A stretch of DNA of 64,000 nucleotides. Origin: Hyphochytrium catenoides. Taxonomy: Eukaryota; Protista; Hyphochytriomycota. The translations under genes were made by a program, and so were the position numbers. Location: the NCBI GenBank assembly GCA_900088475.1, contig FLMG01002209.1:2176-66175 (forward strand). Direction: 5' to 3'. Of this stretch, positions 46,830-60,169 are shown piece after piece. Each line of letters opens with the position of its first letter. Position 1 is the stretch's first letter. The notes under the pieces were generated by a model that was given only the letters and a program-made list of their open reading frames with translations, did not search any database and was not told the DNA's origin.

Positions 46830-49240
46830 TCTACCCGCCCCGATGTTGGCGTGAGAATCCGCCTACAGCCTGGGGAGGCTGCACCCATCCGGGTGTTCGA
46901 TGCGTTCAAGGCTACCGTGAAGAAGCATGGCTCCAAGAATGCTCTGTACACCCCTAAGGGCGATGGATGGTAGGGACCTCAAATGCATCTACTTTCGTCT
47001 CCTTTGTTGCTTGCTAACCGCTCCGTTCTCTTTTTCATCTTGAAGGAAAGTGCTTACTTTCCAGCAGTACTATGACCTCACCCTTGCCTTCGGAAAGGCC
47101 CTCATTGCCACCGGTTTCAAGCGCTATCAATCTGTGAACATTATTGGCTTCAACTCTGTGGAGTGGTTCATCTCCAATATGGGAGCTATCGCTGCTGGAG
47201 GTCTAGCTGCGGGCATCTACACCACCAATCTGCCTGACGCGTGCTTCTACATCTCGGAGCACTCGGAAGCGCACACAGTCGTTGTAGAGGACAAAACGCA
47301 GCTCATGAAGTACAAGGACATCTGCTCCAAGCTGCCACATCTCAAGCAGCTTGTCATTTACCAGGGAGGAGTACCAGAAGAAGCCAAGGATTTTTCTGTT
47401 CCTGTTTATGATTGGGCAGCCTTTCTTAAGCTGGGAGAGACAGTCTCGGTAAGCCAAGCACTGCACGCGCCATGTTCATTTGACGTGTCTCACCTATTCC
47501 ATTTGCTCTGTCCCTAGAACGACACCATTGAGGGTGTGATTGAGGCTCAGAAGCCAAACGAGGGCTGCACTCTCATCTACACCTCAGGCACCACCGGCCC
47601 TCCTAAGGCTGTGATGATCAGTCACGGTACGGCGGCATTTTAGAGTGTCCACACTTTCTACGTTCTATAGTATGCTCACGTTGTTTTCACAGATAACCTT
47701 GTATGGACAGCCAATAAGACCATCGAGACAATTGGAGGCGTTGACCACAACGATCGCATTGTTTCCTACCTTCCGCTTTCTCATATCGCCGCCCAGCTTC
47801 TGGACATCCACTCAGCTATCAATGCTGGAGTGCAGATCTACTTTGCAAAGCCTGACGCCCTCAAGGGATCTCTTGGTGCCACTTTAAAGCAGGTAGAGAC
47901 TAGACTGTTCCAGGGTCCAGGCCTATTTTTATGGCTTTATCGGACGCTAAAGAGTGATCTTCTTTTCCCAGGTCCGCCCTACAGTCTTCTTCGGTGTTCC
48001 TCGCGTTTGGGAGAAGATTATGGAAAAGATGCAGGAGATCGGCAAGTCTACCACCGGCGTAAAGAAGCAACTAGCAACCTGGGCTAAGGCAAAGGGCAAG
48101 GGCCGCTTTGAGATGGCACAGTATGGCAAGTCTGGCGGTGCGCCTTTTGGTTTTGGCTGCGCCCACGCCATCGTTCTATCCAAGGTGAAGGCTGCTCTCG
48201 GCCTGGATGCTTGCAGATTCTGCTTCACTGGTGCAGCGCCCATTGCTGTGGAATGCATCGGTACGCGAAAAGCGCAGATGGGCTGGTCTGCGCCATGTTG
48301 TTCTAACTCATCTCTGTCCTCTCCTCTTTGTCTCGGACAGAGTACTTTGGCTCCCTTGACATCCACATCTTCGAGCTCTTCGGCCAGTCCGAGTGCACTG
48401 GTCCTCAGACCATCAACATCCCACGCAAGTGGAGAGTAGGCAGCTGCGGCCCTGCCTTCACGGGCACCACCATGAAGCTCGGAGACCAGAACGAGCTGAT
48501 CTACTGCGGTAGGAACACTATGATGGGATACATGAAGGATGAGGTAAGCGGGGAGGCCTTTCCTTCTGAGTACCCTTCTTCGACACTATTGGCGTTTGTT
48601 TCTCTTCTTCCTTCTCGATGTCTCGCGTTAGGCTTAACGCTCAATGATCTCTCGCTCTCTTGCCTACTCATAGGCTAAGACTAAGGAGACCATTGACGAG
48701 GAGGGCTTCCTGCACTCCGGAGACGTTGCAAAGATTGACAGCGACGGATTCATGTCCATCACCGGACGTATCAAGGAGCTTATCATCACTGCTGGAGGAG
48801 AGAACATCCCTCCAGTGCTCATTGAGGATGCAATGAAGGATAGCATGAAGGCTATTGCAAACTGCATGGTCATCGGAGACAAGCGCAAGTTCCTTTCTAT
48901 GATCATTGCCCTCAAGGTTGAGATGGACGCAGAGGGACTCCCCACTAACAAGCTCACAGGAGATGCGCTCGCCATCAGCAAGGAGATCGGCAGCACTGCC
49001 ACAACCGTGCAGGAGGCTAAGGGCTGTGAGAAGTGGAAGAAGTACCTCGATGATGGGGTGAAGAGAGCGAACGAGAAGTCTACCTCCCGCGCGCAGCGTG
49101 TGAACAAGTGGACGATCATCAACGATGACTTTACTGTGTTAGGTGGAGAGCTAACGCCGACTCTGAAGCTTAAGCGCTCTGTTGTCGCTAACAAGTACAC
49201 CGACGTCATTGAGGAGATGTATAGCGGATCAGCCGAGTAA
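46830..49240 (+). CDS. ACSBG: Long-chain fatty acyl-CoA synthetase, bubblegum (ACSBG) type; exons 46830-46969, 47046-47448, 47518-47626, 47693-47892, 47972-48260, 48341-48543, 48674-49240. Start exon not located (gap at 46802-46812)
   Basis: AMP-binding [57 protein letters not shown] and [12 protein letters not shown]. All GT-AG junctions are in phase. Confidence 0.93.
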
Positions 49241-49658
49241 TCAAAACTATGTAACTAGCAGATATGGCGGAGTTGGAGGATTAGACAAGAGGGAGAAAGG
49301 CGCGAGTACCAGTGCGGTAGTTGTGTGTGTGAGGTTGTCCTCTCAGAGATTTAACTATTAATATTGAAAGCAGCGTAGACCCACATTCCTCGATTTGCTG
49401 GGCCCAGGCACGACATCTCTTGTCCATTATATAGCGGCCATGCAAGCCTCCTCTCTAACTCGGGGCTTCCTACGCTTGATTATTTGACCTCACTACGCAC
49501 CTCTTGCAGGTGGCGAGTTTGAGTTGTGAAGCATCACTTCACTGAAGGCAAAGAGAGACAAATCGATGGTCTAGTCCTCCTCTTCACCCGTTGTTAGACA
49601 AGCGACCAGCACCTGAGCGGTAGAAAGCGTTGATAGATAGAATATTGACTCATGCGTT

Positions 49659-50059
49659 TTAACGCAGAAATAGGACATGAAGGGCCATAAGGATGCAAGC
49701 ACCGGCGACCCATGGACTCTTCCTCTCTCCTATACGTGAGGCCTAAGTCAACAGAACCAATGATTAACTATGACCTTGATAGGACAAGACAGAGACGCGG
49801 AGCTGAATGCTTTGGGAGCTACCTTCCAGCAAATTCCCGATAGGCCCTCGTGCTTTCCTGGCTTACTGGAGTCGTCGAAGATGGTTGGAAAGCGGCCCCG
49901 AATGAACGTTGTCGTGCAGATTATAAGGAGAATAACCGTCAGGAGACTTGGGAAGTCGAACAATGCTGACTGATGTAGGTTCAAATGATGGGGAACCGGC
50001 AGAAGAGATAGTTTAGCCTATGTTAACCGCCTTTGTCGATGTTTGGTCACACTTACCAT
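49659..50059 (-). CDS. TMEM167: Protein Kish (TMEM167/Ksh1); exons 50059-50057 (ATG only), 49969-49823, 49742-49659
   Basis: MSALFDFPSLLTVILLIICTTTFIR...[28 protein letters not shown] is the Kish signature; ATG|GTAAGT first donor. Confidence 0.93.
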
Positions 50060-50671
50060 CTCTAGCTATTCGAAGTTTGCTGGAATTGATATAGATTTAG
50101 AGCAAAAAGAAGCGGACCAATTGATGTACGCAGACGGCCAAGGATTATACAGAAGGGCTTCTTGCCAGAAACAAGTAACGTTGACGATGAGGCGGGAGAG
50201 TCGGCCTTTTGGGACTATGAACTGCATCATTCAAGATACCAGGACTATGAACGCAGTTTGTCTGGATTCTCTGATTGCTCCAGACTCCAGATATTATTCT
50301 GGAGATTTGGAGGTCAGTTATCAGAAGGTGGTAATCTGTGATTATCATATATATGATCTGATATGCTGATGGACTCATCGACTCATCTGCCTTGAAGATT
50401 GAACCTCACAAAGGCGATGAAGCGTGAAACTGGAAGAGCTTCGCTGAGAGATTGGCAGCGCGATTCTGCAGATCTCAGGCAATCTCTACCCCGGATTGCG
50501 CCTTTCTGTCTACGCACATGGGGCCACTAACCTTATAGATTCCACTGATCACTTCTATGTGCAACGGACAAGCATAGGATCAGTACTAGGTAGTCTACGT
50601 CACCGAGGTCAACCTGCTGCCGCCGCTCCTTACAGGGCGAGGAGAAGGGACCACCGCGTGCTGGTTGCAGC
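50060..50671. promoter_or_regulatory. Probable bidirectional promoter/5'UTR region between Kish (-) and TRAPPC4 (+)
   Basis: Divergent start codons separated by 612 nt; no specific motif identified. Confidence 0.5.
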
Positions 50672-51922
50672 ATGTTCCTCTCTCTGTACATCATAAACAA
50701 GGCAGGAGGACTCATCTTCCAGTTGGATCTCACGTCTAATGCTCCGAAGCTGACTGGCAATGACTATTTAAGACTTGGGTCCACATTTCACGGCCTTCAT
50801 GTGATTGCGGCGCAGGTGATACTCTTTGTCTTGTTCAGTGAAAACGAGCCCTATTGGGAAAGCTAAGCCCTTTGGGCGTTCGGTGCAGGTTGCTCCAGTC
50901 GTCTCAGGAGGCATTGAGAGTCTAGAGACGGATACGTTTAAGCTTCACTGTCTGCAGACCCAAACTGGTCAGCAAGTTGATGCAGTTTCCTGTTAGCGAA
51001 CTTAGTTCTTGTTCTTCTCTCACTAGTTAGCGATCACAACTGACATCCCCTCGAGCTCCTTTTGAGCTTCTAGGCGCGGCTTCTCACTATTGACATTACT
51101 TCCGACAATCTTCAACTCAAACTTCACCCTTCCCATTCCTCTTTCTTTCCGCCATTTCTCGGTGCGACGCTTGCCTCTCTGCCTTGTAGGCACGAAGTTT
51201 TTCATCACAGCAGAGCCTGGCACCCAAGACCTTGAGCACGTGCTGCATGGCGTCTATGAGCTGTACACAGACTATGTGCTCAAGGTAACTCCAAACAAAC
51301 TTTGATGATTCCTCATTGGCCTTCTCTAGGTCCCGTCTGTCCGTGACCTTCTCTCTCTTTTACAGATGTGCCGCTCTTTACTCATCTATATCTCAATGCC
51401 TGACGTCTCTCCCTCCTTCAATGTGCGGAGCAGTCTCTCTTCATCTCTAGTCTTCTGCCTTCCAATTGAATCTCTCATAGAGAGAGAGTCTAGAAGTCGA
51501 TGCTCCCTCTTGTGACGATATGCCAACGTCTTAATATGGTGCTTCTTGTGCTGGTCTTTCCATTCCTGCATTGCACTCTACTCATCAAATCTTCCTTTTG
51601 ATTGCTCTACAATGAGGTTCAGTGTTGTTGCGCACAACCTTTGCTTTGTCTCAGTAGCTATGTTTGTCTATCTGTTCCGGCCGTCTCCGTCGCTGTATGG
51701 TCGCCCTTTCTGGTGGACTCGTTCTCATCTTCTCTGAACTCTTACTCTCTGACGATGACTGCTCTTGCCTTGCAGAATCCATTCTATGAACTGGAGATGC
51801 CAATCCGCTGTGATCTCTTCAATTACAAGCTGAAGCAGCTTATCGCCTCTTACTCACAGGACAAACGCAGGTCAACGGTGGACGCCAGGAGCTATGGACA
51901 TGACTTCCCCATTGCCCATTGA
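50672..51922 (+). CDS. TRAPPC4: TRAPP complex subunit 4 (Trs23/synbindin); exons 50672-50815, 50889-50967, 51190-51284, 51776-51922
   Basis: [80 protein letters not shown]. Confidence 0.95.
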
Positions 51923-52677
51923 GGTGGGCAACAGAGCAGATGTGTCTGGATAGGGAGAGGATGAAAGAGAAAGAGAGAGAGAGAGCAAGCGGAACAAAAC
52001 GTCTCTTCAAGGCAATCTAGGACCGCTGTTGAATGGGCTTTAGGCAGTCAAAGGTGTTCATTGGCAACGTTTGGTCTCTCTATCTCTCTCCACTATCCGG
52101 GAAGCGCTTTCTATTTATTGACAAGGAAAGTCTAACGGAACAGCACAACCCGATGTCCCTTAGGTGGTTTTCCTTGCTTGTGCCTGTCCTGTTAACTTAA
52201 TCAAGGTCTGTCTTTATAATAGAGCCAGTAATTCACCGAACATGTAGGCCCAAATCTCCATCTCTGTTCCCCTTTCCTCTCTGCTTTGCCTATACACCTA
52301 CTAAATATTCCCATCCAGAGCGAGACAGAGATTGAGACAGCTTACTTTCCCGTCTCCGCTCTCATCTTTTCCCCTAATATCTCTCTTCCAAACCCTTTGA
52401 CCTCGACGCTGCTATTTTGCCCTCGTCGTCGCCTTAATAACCTTGGTTACGAGGCGGTGGGCTCCGCTGCGGCGGTCCTGCATGAGAAAGAAGGGGAGAG
52501 TCGGTGAGGAGATAGTGAGAGAGCCGTGGTTGGACTCACTTCTGCGCATGTCTTTCTCTTTACTCTTCTTCCCACGCTGCTCTTCCACCACCCTCCTCTC
52601 GTCACATTGCGCCTAGCAGAATGTTCTACATATATCAAGTCGCTGTTCGCTTTGTCCCGCATTGTCTCATAAAGTTT

Positions 52678-55600
52678 CTACTCGTTACCTTGATCAGTAG
52701 CTCCATATCTGCCTGGGGGAACCTGTTGCTGCTGCTGCAGAAAGGCTGGGAGCGGTGTTGAAGCGTTTGGCTTCCTGGCGAAGGAGAAGCCTTCAAAATG
52801 ATTCTTCCCGTCTTCCACGCCCTTCATCTGACGCGCCAGCCCCGGCTTGTCCCCCAGCGACGGCTCCTTGAGCTCCTGCTGCACGATGTGCCTCGGTACA
52901 AACGCTACTTCGTCCTCTCCCACCTTCGGATCATAAGGCGGCCGGATCTGCTTCTGCAGCACCGCCTCCCAGTTGATTCCATGAAAGAATCGATGGCGGA
53001 AGACATCACGTCCTCCCAAGCGGCGAAGGGGATCGCGAATAAGGAGCTGGAGGTACAATTCGGCCAGACAAAGGAACAGAAAGGAACAGGGTTAGAAGAA
53101 TGATTAGTAGCTACATCAGGAAAAGCTAAGCGCTGGACTGGCGCTGGTGATCCACTCCTCAGAGCGAGAGACATGAGGATAAGAAGAGAGGGAACAAGGA
53201 GTATGCCGCGCACCCTCTGCACAATGTCAACAGCAGCGTCCGAGAAGTGCGCTGAGAAGGTGACCCATTCTTGCTTGAGAATTGTCTGGAACATGATCTC
53301 CCGGTTCTTATGGTAGTACGGAGGCTGCACAAGCCAGAGTCAGATATAAAAGACTATCGTGCGTCCCCAAGAGAGGGAGGAGAGAGAAGGGAACCCTGAC
53401 CACCACTGGAACCGCCATAGAGAGAGAGAAGGAAAGCATACTATCCTCACCGCTACTTAATGTCGCTCCCCCTTCTTCTCTTGGTGCTATCCCCTCCTGA
53501 TGTTCTCATCTTTCGTTCTCCCCTTCCAGTTCTTCCATGCACGCTCTCTCTCTCTCCCTCTCACGTTCTCTGTTTCTCTCTGAGCTCTAGGATTGCACTC
53601 ACCCTGCCCGCTATCATCTCATAGAGAAGCACGCCAAAGGACCACCAGTCAGCGGCCTTTCCATAAGCTTGGCCCTTCAGCAGCTCCGGCGCAATGTACG
53701 CCGCCGTTCCGCAGAAAGTCTTCGCTCCTCTAAGCCCGGAGACTCCGATTTTTGACAATCCAAAGTCAGTGATCGCCACATGGCCTTGAGAGTCTAGCAG
53801 GACGTTCTCAAGCTTTGCATCCCTGGTGGGGAGGAAAGAGACGAGCGGCGGAGAGTTAGACAGGACCGAGGCACACGGGACAGGTAGACGGGATGAAGAG
53901 ACAAAGGAAAAAGCTCAAGCTTCATCGACGTCGTGATTACTAGAAGGGAACTTCATGATCTGAGACAGGTTCCAAAGTCTTCTGCGTGACGCCACACAGA
54001 AACAGTAATATTCAGGGCTGAGGCAAGTAGTACGAGCGACCAGAGAGAGAGAGAGAGAGAGAGAGACAGAACGAGCATAAAAAAGAAAGGAGAGATAGCA
54101 AAACAAAAATAATGCTGGTGGACCTGTAGATAATGTTGAGGTTATGCAGGTGATGGATGGCAAGTGCAATCTCGGCCGCATAGAACTTTGCCATCTGCTC
54201 CGGAAACTTCCGCCACTTGCGCAAGTGGACGTTCAGGGATCCGCCGCTATGGGAAGAAAGAAGAGAAAGGAGGCAACACACGTCAATTTGGAACAGTGAG
54301 TAAAAAGGTTAGAGCGGCAAAGTACAATAATAACTCTCGTTGACACCCAGTTGAGGTCCGACAAGGTAAGTAAGGAAACTCTCCTGAATAATGTTGAGAG
54401 GTGGTTGCCAAGAGTAATAGAGAGCCAGAACTGCGGAAGAGACCAATGCCAGTATATATTCAGGGGAGAGAGCGCGAGAAAGGAAGAACCGTGACGGAAA
54501 GGAAGAGAAATAGTCGACCTCATATAACCCATAACAAGATAGAGTTTCTGGTCATTTTGAAAGGCGTAATGCAGCTTGACAATGAAAGGATGATTGATCT
54601 CCGTCAAGATGCGGCGCTCCGCCATCGTCGTCTTCACCAGCCCAGAAGACAGAATGCTCTTCTTGAGCAGCACCTAGATGGCAGAGGGAGTAGCTTAGTG
54701 CAGGGTAAAAGACTAAAGATAATAAATAATATATGGCATAAGATAGTGACTATGGCATAGTGGAGTTAGCTACAATCAGTCTTCGAGAAAGAAAGAGAGA
54801 AAGAAAGAGAGAAGAGAAGACACAATAAACTCGCATAAAGAGAGACACGTGGTGGTTATCTCACGGACCTTCATGGCATAGTAGGTTCCTGCATCCTCTC
54901 CTGTCTTCTTCCTAACCAAAAAGACCTTCCCAAATCCTCCCTGGCCGATCACTTGCTTCAAGTCGAAGTCAGTGTCGACACTTAGGTTTGCAGAGTCATC
55001 CTCCTCCTGCTCCTTCTGCTCGAGAGATGGGTCGTACGGGTTCTGTGTGCACGTGTGTTAGCGTGCAAGAGAGAGAGAGAGAGAGAGCCGAGAGAGGGGC
55101 CGGGAAGGAGATGAGAAGAAAGACACAGGGAGAGAGTGTGTGCGCACGCGTGAGAGAGAAAGTGAGGTCAACAGTCAGAAAAGAAAAGAAGAGGAAGGGC
55201 ACAGGACTCATAGAAGGACGACGGGCTTCAGAGACAGAATAAAGGTGGCCATAACTCGAGGGAGAGGCAAAAGAATTGCAAGGAAACTGCACAAAGAACG
55301 CAGGATAACAAAACATCGAGAGATCAACGACATGTTATAGGGAAAGGCTTTCTGACATCGTAAGGCGACGGTTGCTGCTGGGTGTAGGTCATGGCTGCTG
55401 CACTGTCCTGGTATGCTGGCTCTGGTCCTTGGTGCGATGCACGGACAGAAAGAGGGGGTAAGGGGGAGCGAGAGAGACCGTGAGCGAGGAAGAGTAATAT
55501 TGACACAGGTTATTGTGGTTGCGTTGTGAAATGAGGAGATGATGAGAGAGGATGACGTAGCCACCTCCAGATACTTTCTTGAGAGCTGTAAAAGAGAGGC

Positions 55601-56235
55601 CCAGATTGACCGCTTACTGACCTGCTGGAGGATTGAAGCCCTGGAACGCTGACTCGCGGCGCGGGATGGGCGAGCTCGAGGGCTGAAAGAGAGGCAACAG
55701 GGAGAAAGAATAGCGCGGTGAGGAAGAAGAAGAAGAAGTGCCTTTCAGACAGGTTGAATGTCACCACCTTCTCTAGACACAGATCCTCGTAATAGAAGAC
55801 GGCACCAGGATGAACAAGGAGAGAAGGAGTGGAGATCCTACCCTTAGTGGAGAGCTAGAAGGCGGGCGCACGACAGCTCTGATCGCCTTCACAATGGCGG
55901 TCATGGAGGTCTCTGCAGGGTCGGTCCCTAGCAGAGCCATCACGGAGCTCTGAGCGCCACGGAGGATATGAGAGGGCGAGGAAGGTTGAGAGGCATCTGG
56001 CGGAGGGAGAGAGAGGCATACGCATCCCACTCTTCCCTGTTCCTTCGAAAGCTGAGTGGCAATCGTTGTCTGCGCGATCTCCCAGTTAATGGCCTGACGA
56101 AGAAAATTGCCAGTTAGAAGAAGTACAAGCTCATGAAAGAGACATCCGACTGGCATTCGAGGGAGCAAGGACTTCAATGTCGGCTCCAGTGAAGTTCAAG
56201 GTAGGGAGTCACAGGATAATGGAGAAGGGAAAGAG

Positions 56236-56267
<32 letters not shown>

Positions 56268-59200
56268 CAAGAGAGAGAGAGAGAGTAGAGAATGACCGAG
56301 AGCCATTCATAAAGATTAATGAGAGATAAGTGAAAAGAGGTCTGGATACCTTCTTGGCAAGTAGCTGTAGCACGGTGTATGTCTCTGTTTTGTCTATGAT
56401 GTGCTTCGACTCAATAAACGCGATGCGGTGGAGCTTCTCCCGCAGCTGAATCTCATGAGTCTGCAGTAGAGTCTTTACGAGGGAGCCTCCTCGACCGTAG
56501 GCAATAAAGGAAACTTGGCCTACAGAGGTAGGACGAGGATCAGGCGAGGCAGACAGCAGAAAACGTTGACAGGAGGCAATACTTGCACAGAGGGAGAGAG
56601 AGAGCGCGAGAGAAACTAGCAGACGGAGCAGCCGCAGTAAGAAGGGAGCAGGATAAGGAGGTAGAAATGAGCGAAAAAAGCGAACGAGACAGCAATACAA
56701 GGGCAGGGAGTGAGTAAAAGAGAGAGACAGAACCAAGAGGAGAATGTGTGAAGACAGAGAGAGAGCGGCGAGAGGGATCCTCTTTACCTTGACAGTTGAG
56801 GAGATAAGTATTCCATAGATAGTTCATATGTTCTAGCGGCGTGGAGGACTGCGGCACGGGCAACACTCTCTCCACTCCTTCTTCGAACACAGTGCTCGTG
56901 TTGCTGTAAGGGTTAGAGAGAAGGACAGCATAACCGGCCTGCAGACAAGAGGCGATCATGGCTTCCATTGACCAAGGATCTTCTCTCGAAGGGAGAGGGT
57001 AGGCCGACTCTTGCTTCCACAGTCCCACCTGATGACAAGGAAAGAGCCACATGAGAAGGAGAGACCAAGAGACAGAGATAACAGAACCCGGAGAGACTGA
57101 AGCGAGTGAGAGAGAAAGAGCGAGAGCACACGCGCGCGAGAGAGAAAGAGAGACGGAGAGAGAGAAAGAAGAAGAGAGAGTGCATTGCTCACCTGTCCAC
57201 TATCTGCTACAAAGGCCACCACTGACGCTGCGGAGCCTGCATTTGGAGACCAATAGATTTTGCAGCGCAAGACAGAGTTGTCTGACGGAATGTATGAGGG
57301 CCTTAGACCATACTGAGACTCCAAGACAGAGAAGAGAGAAGAGGCTTTATACTCTGGAGACCGGGAGGCGTACTCCTGCCCATTTCTCTCTCTCTCTCCT
57401 CCCTGCCCTCCTCGCATAGCGGACATCTCTAGCGCCCGAGGAGGGGCAACCCGTGAAGAGAGACCGCGCGGAGGGGGCGGGTAAGCCTCAGGAATGTCTT
57501 GAGAGATTCTCTCGTCGACTGGAACATAGTCTGAGGCCTCGTGGACATTAAGAAAGGCGTCTGGATCTTCACTGAATCTTCCTCCTTCCTCTCCTCTCTC
57601 TTCCACGCCTCTTGGAGGATAATCAACAGGCACAGAGCGGAACTCTGTCTCGTCACTGAGGCGGAGTCTGGAGACTGCTGACGCGGGAGGAGCATCTACC
57701 GGGACACTAGCAAAGGCTTCTTCCTCATCCCCAGCGCCGCCACTCTCCCTTCCTCCTGCAGTCGCTGTGGCTGACCTTCTTCCTCCTCCCGATCCTCCTG
57801 ATCGACTGCTGGCTGACTCTTCAGAGATAGGCATCAGATTCTTTACATCTACAGGAGAGAGTTGCCTCTCCTTGTCCTTCCCTAGTATTATTCCTCCGTC
57901 AGACGGAGGTGGAGAAGCGGAGGCAGAGCGGACAACCTTCTCTTCTTCTTCTATTCGTGTTTGTGCCAGCTCCTCTGTGATATCATTGGAAACTATGGAG
58001 CTGTCCCTATGTTGCACCCCTTCCTCCCCTTCTGTCTTTAGCACGGCCAAAAGCAGCGTCCTTGCGCCCTCAAAAAGCTCTTGATTGCTCGTCTCGTCGT
58101 TCTCCTCCACAGCCTCGATGGTCCCAGGAGCCGGGCTCTCCATATCAACATCGTACGCCGCCTGTCCTTCCTCTTCGGCCTGTTCTGCTGTGCGTACCGC
58201 GGGGATATCGGTCGCACTCTTGACTGCCCGAGGAGGAGGAAGAGGAGGCGAAGCAGCAGGCACGGCTTCTCTTGAGCTTGTAGGGCTTCCTCTGGGCACC
58301 CCCGCAGTGTAGACAGAAGGGATCTCTCTGTCGCTGACGGGCCTTCCTCTGCCTGGAAGAGAGGATGGAGGTCCTCCTCCCACTGTGGCCACTGCAGGGA
58401 TGTCATTGGCGCTCTGGGCTACTCGTCGCCTCACTGCGACACTTCCCCTTGCCCTAAGGGCTGCGGGCACGTCAGAGTCATCCATAGGCTTAGTGTAAGG
58501 GGTAGAGGACGTTCGCCTGGTAGAGATGAGGAGAAGAGGATCGGACAGAAAGTTGTGAGCCAACCCATGTCCGCTTTCTCTTCTTTCTCTCTCGCTGGCC
58601 CTACGCTGGTGGTCTCTTTATATGGGTCACGTCCTACTGCTCCCAGAAAAGCTCCAGCTACTTAACGCGTCTTTTTTACCCTATCTAGTTGCGTCTATGG
58701 AGACTGTTTTTTACTTCTCTCTCTCTCTCTTGCTCTCTCTCTCTATGTTCTGTCTCAGAATTAGCCTTCTCCCTTCTCTCTACTTCCGCTGACAACGTTT
58801 TCTGGCCTTCGTCATACCTGCCAAAGTTCATGCTTGCTCTAATTTGTTCCTCAGGCGGGCTGGCCCGACGAGGAATAAGAGACGCTCTGCTGTCCATCGC
58901 ACCAGGCAGCTTCCTCGATGCACCAGCAATACTAGCCCCTGCCGTGGGATCATCATCTCCACCTAGAGAGAGTGAGAGTGAGAGAGACGAACATGGGAGA
59001 GAGAGAGAGAGAGAGAGAGACAGAAAAAGACGGGTGGAGCGTGTAATCAAAGAGAAAGACCGAGACAGATAGCCTACAATTCCTCTCCTAGTCTCCTGGC
59101 TATAGACTCAGGACAATCAATCCTCATTCTCTGTGCGTGTCTGTGTGTTCGTCTTTCTCCACAAATCCTCTCTCTTTGCCTAATTCCCCTTCTTCCCTAT

Positions 59201-60161
59201 GCCTTGGTACTCCGTACTCACCAGCTACTTTGGCCCCACAAATGCCACAGAACTTCTGATTTGCCTTGACAATCGCCTTGCAGATGTCACAGCGCACTCC
59301 CGCCGACTGTTGGCGACTCCCATCCAGCGCCGCAATCCAGCGCTGCCGCTGCTTATTATTCTCTGCACAGACGTAGTACGGCTCCCCGTCCGCTGTGTAG
59401 AACATAAAGGAGAAAGCGGACCATTCGGGGCGGGGCGAGAACTCTGAATAATCTCTCACTTTGGTCACCACCACTGTTTTCTTAGGCTTCGCTCCCACTC
59501 TGGCTTTCTCTTGATCCTCATAGTAGCTGAGACTTGACCCGCGAAGGACAAAGAATCGCCTTCTCCAGTTTTTTCTTCTGTGTCCTTGCTTCACGAGATA
59601 TCCTGAGAACGTGACGCCCTCAGCGTTGAACTCTGGCATCCCTTCCAGTTGTGCTCCTCCTCCTCCTCCTCCTGTCCCTCCCGCTCCTCCGCCTATCTTT
59701 GTAGTGAGAGAGAGAGAGCCCACGCCTCCCGCTCCTGCTCCTCCCACTCCTGCTGTCTGAACCCTCTGCAGCGCCGCCAGCCAGCGCTGACAGTCTGCTT
59801 CTGACTCTGCATAGCAATACCAGGCGTCCGAGCCCGCAGGAGAGCGGACGAGAAAGCCGTAAGGTTTCTCAGGGAAAGGCTCTGCTTGTCCGACTTCAAT
59901 GCTCTGCGTGTTGCTCCCTCTGTGTCCTCCATCTCTGTCTGTGGAGGCGTACAGAATGCTGCCAGACAGAGTGAGATATCGCTTCTGATAAAGGCCCCAA
60001 GACGCCTTTCGAAAGCAATATCCCTCGCATGTGACTGGCAGAGAGAAGGCGGAGGACGGGGCTGTGCTCTCTGTCTCGCCGCTAGCGTCGGAAGAGAGAG
60101 GAAGACCGAAGTTTCCTCTTTGGGCAGAAGAGATGCCCATTGACTGCCGAAGGCGGTCCAT
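52678..60161 (-). CDS. PH-PH-zinc ribbon-ARB2(FAM172)-AGC Ser/Thr kinase, ~1,450 aa; exons 60161-59222, 58962-58818, 58516-57193, 57028-56788, 56519-56350, 56093-55842, 55682-55622, 55427-55357, 55042-54869, 54673-54519, 54246-54124, 53822-53603, 53324-53214, 53046-52678
   Basis: Two PH domains (EGYCFRK...QRWLAAL; [21 protein letters not shown]...QRWIAAL), CDIC...CGIC, ARB2 blocks, and kinase motifs [28 protein letters not shown]...APE, DWWSFG with hydrophobic motif FEGFSF. All 13 introns are GT-AG and phase-consistent; the modelled CDS is 4,356 nt. Confidence 0.85.
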
Positions 60162-60169
60162 CCTTCTCT

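Noticed and set aside
56094-56349. Intron beginning GTATCCAG (U12-like)
   Set aside because: It lacks TT at +7/+8, and its branch (TTCTAAC) plus pyrimidine tract are U2-type.
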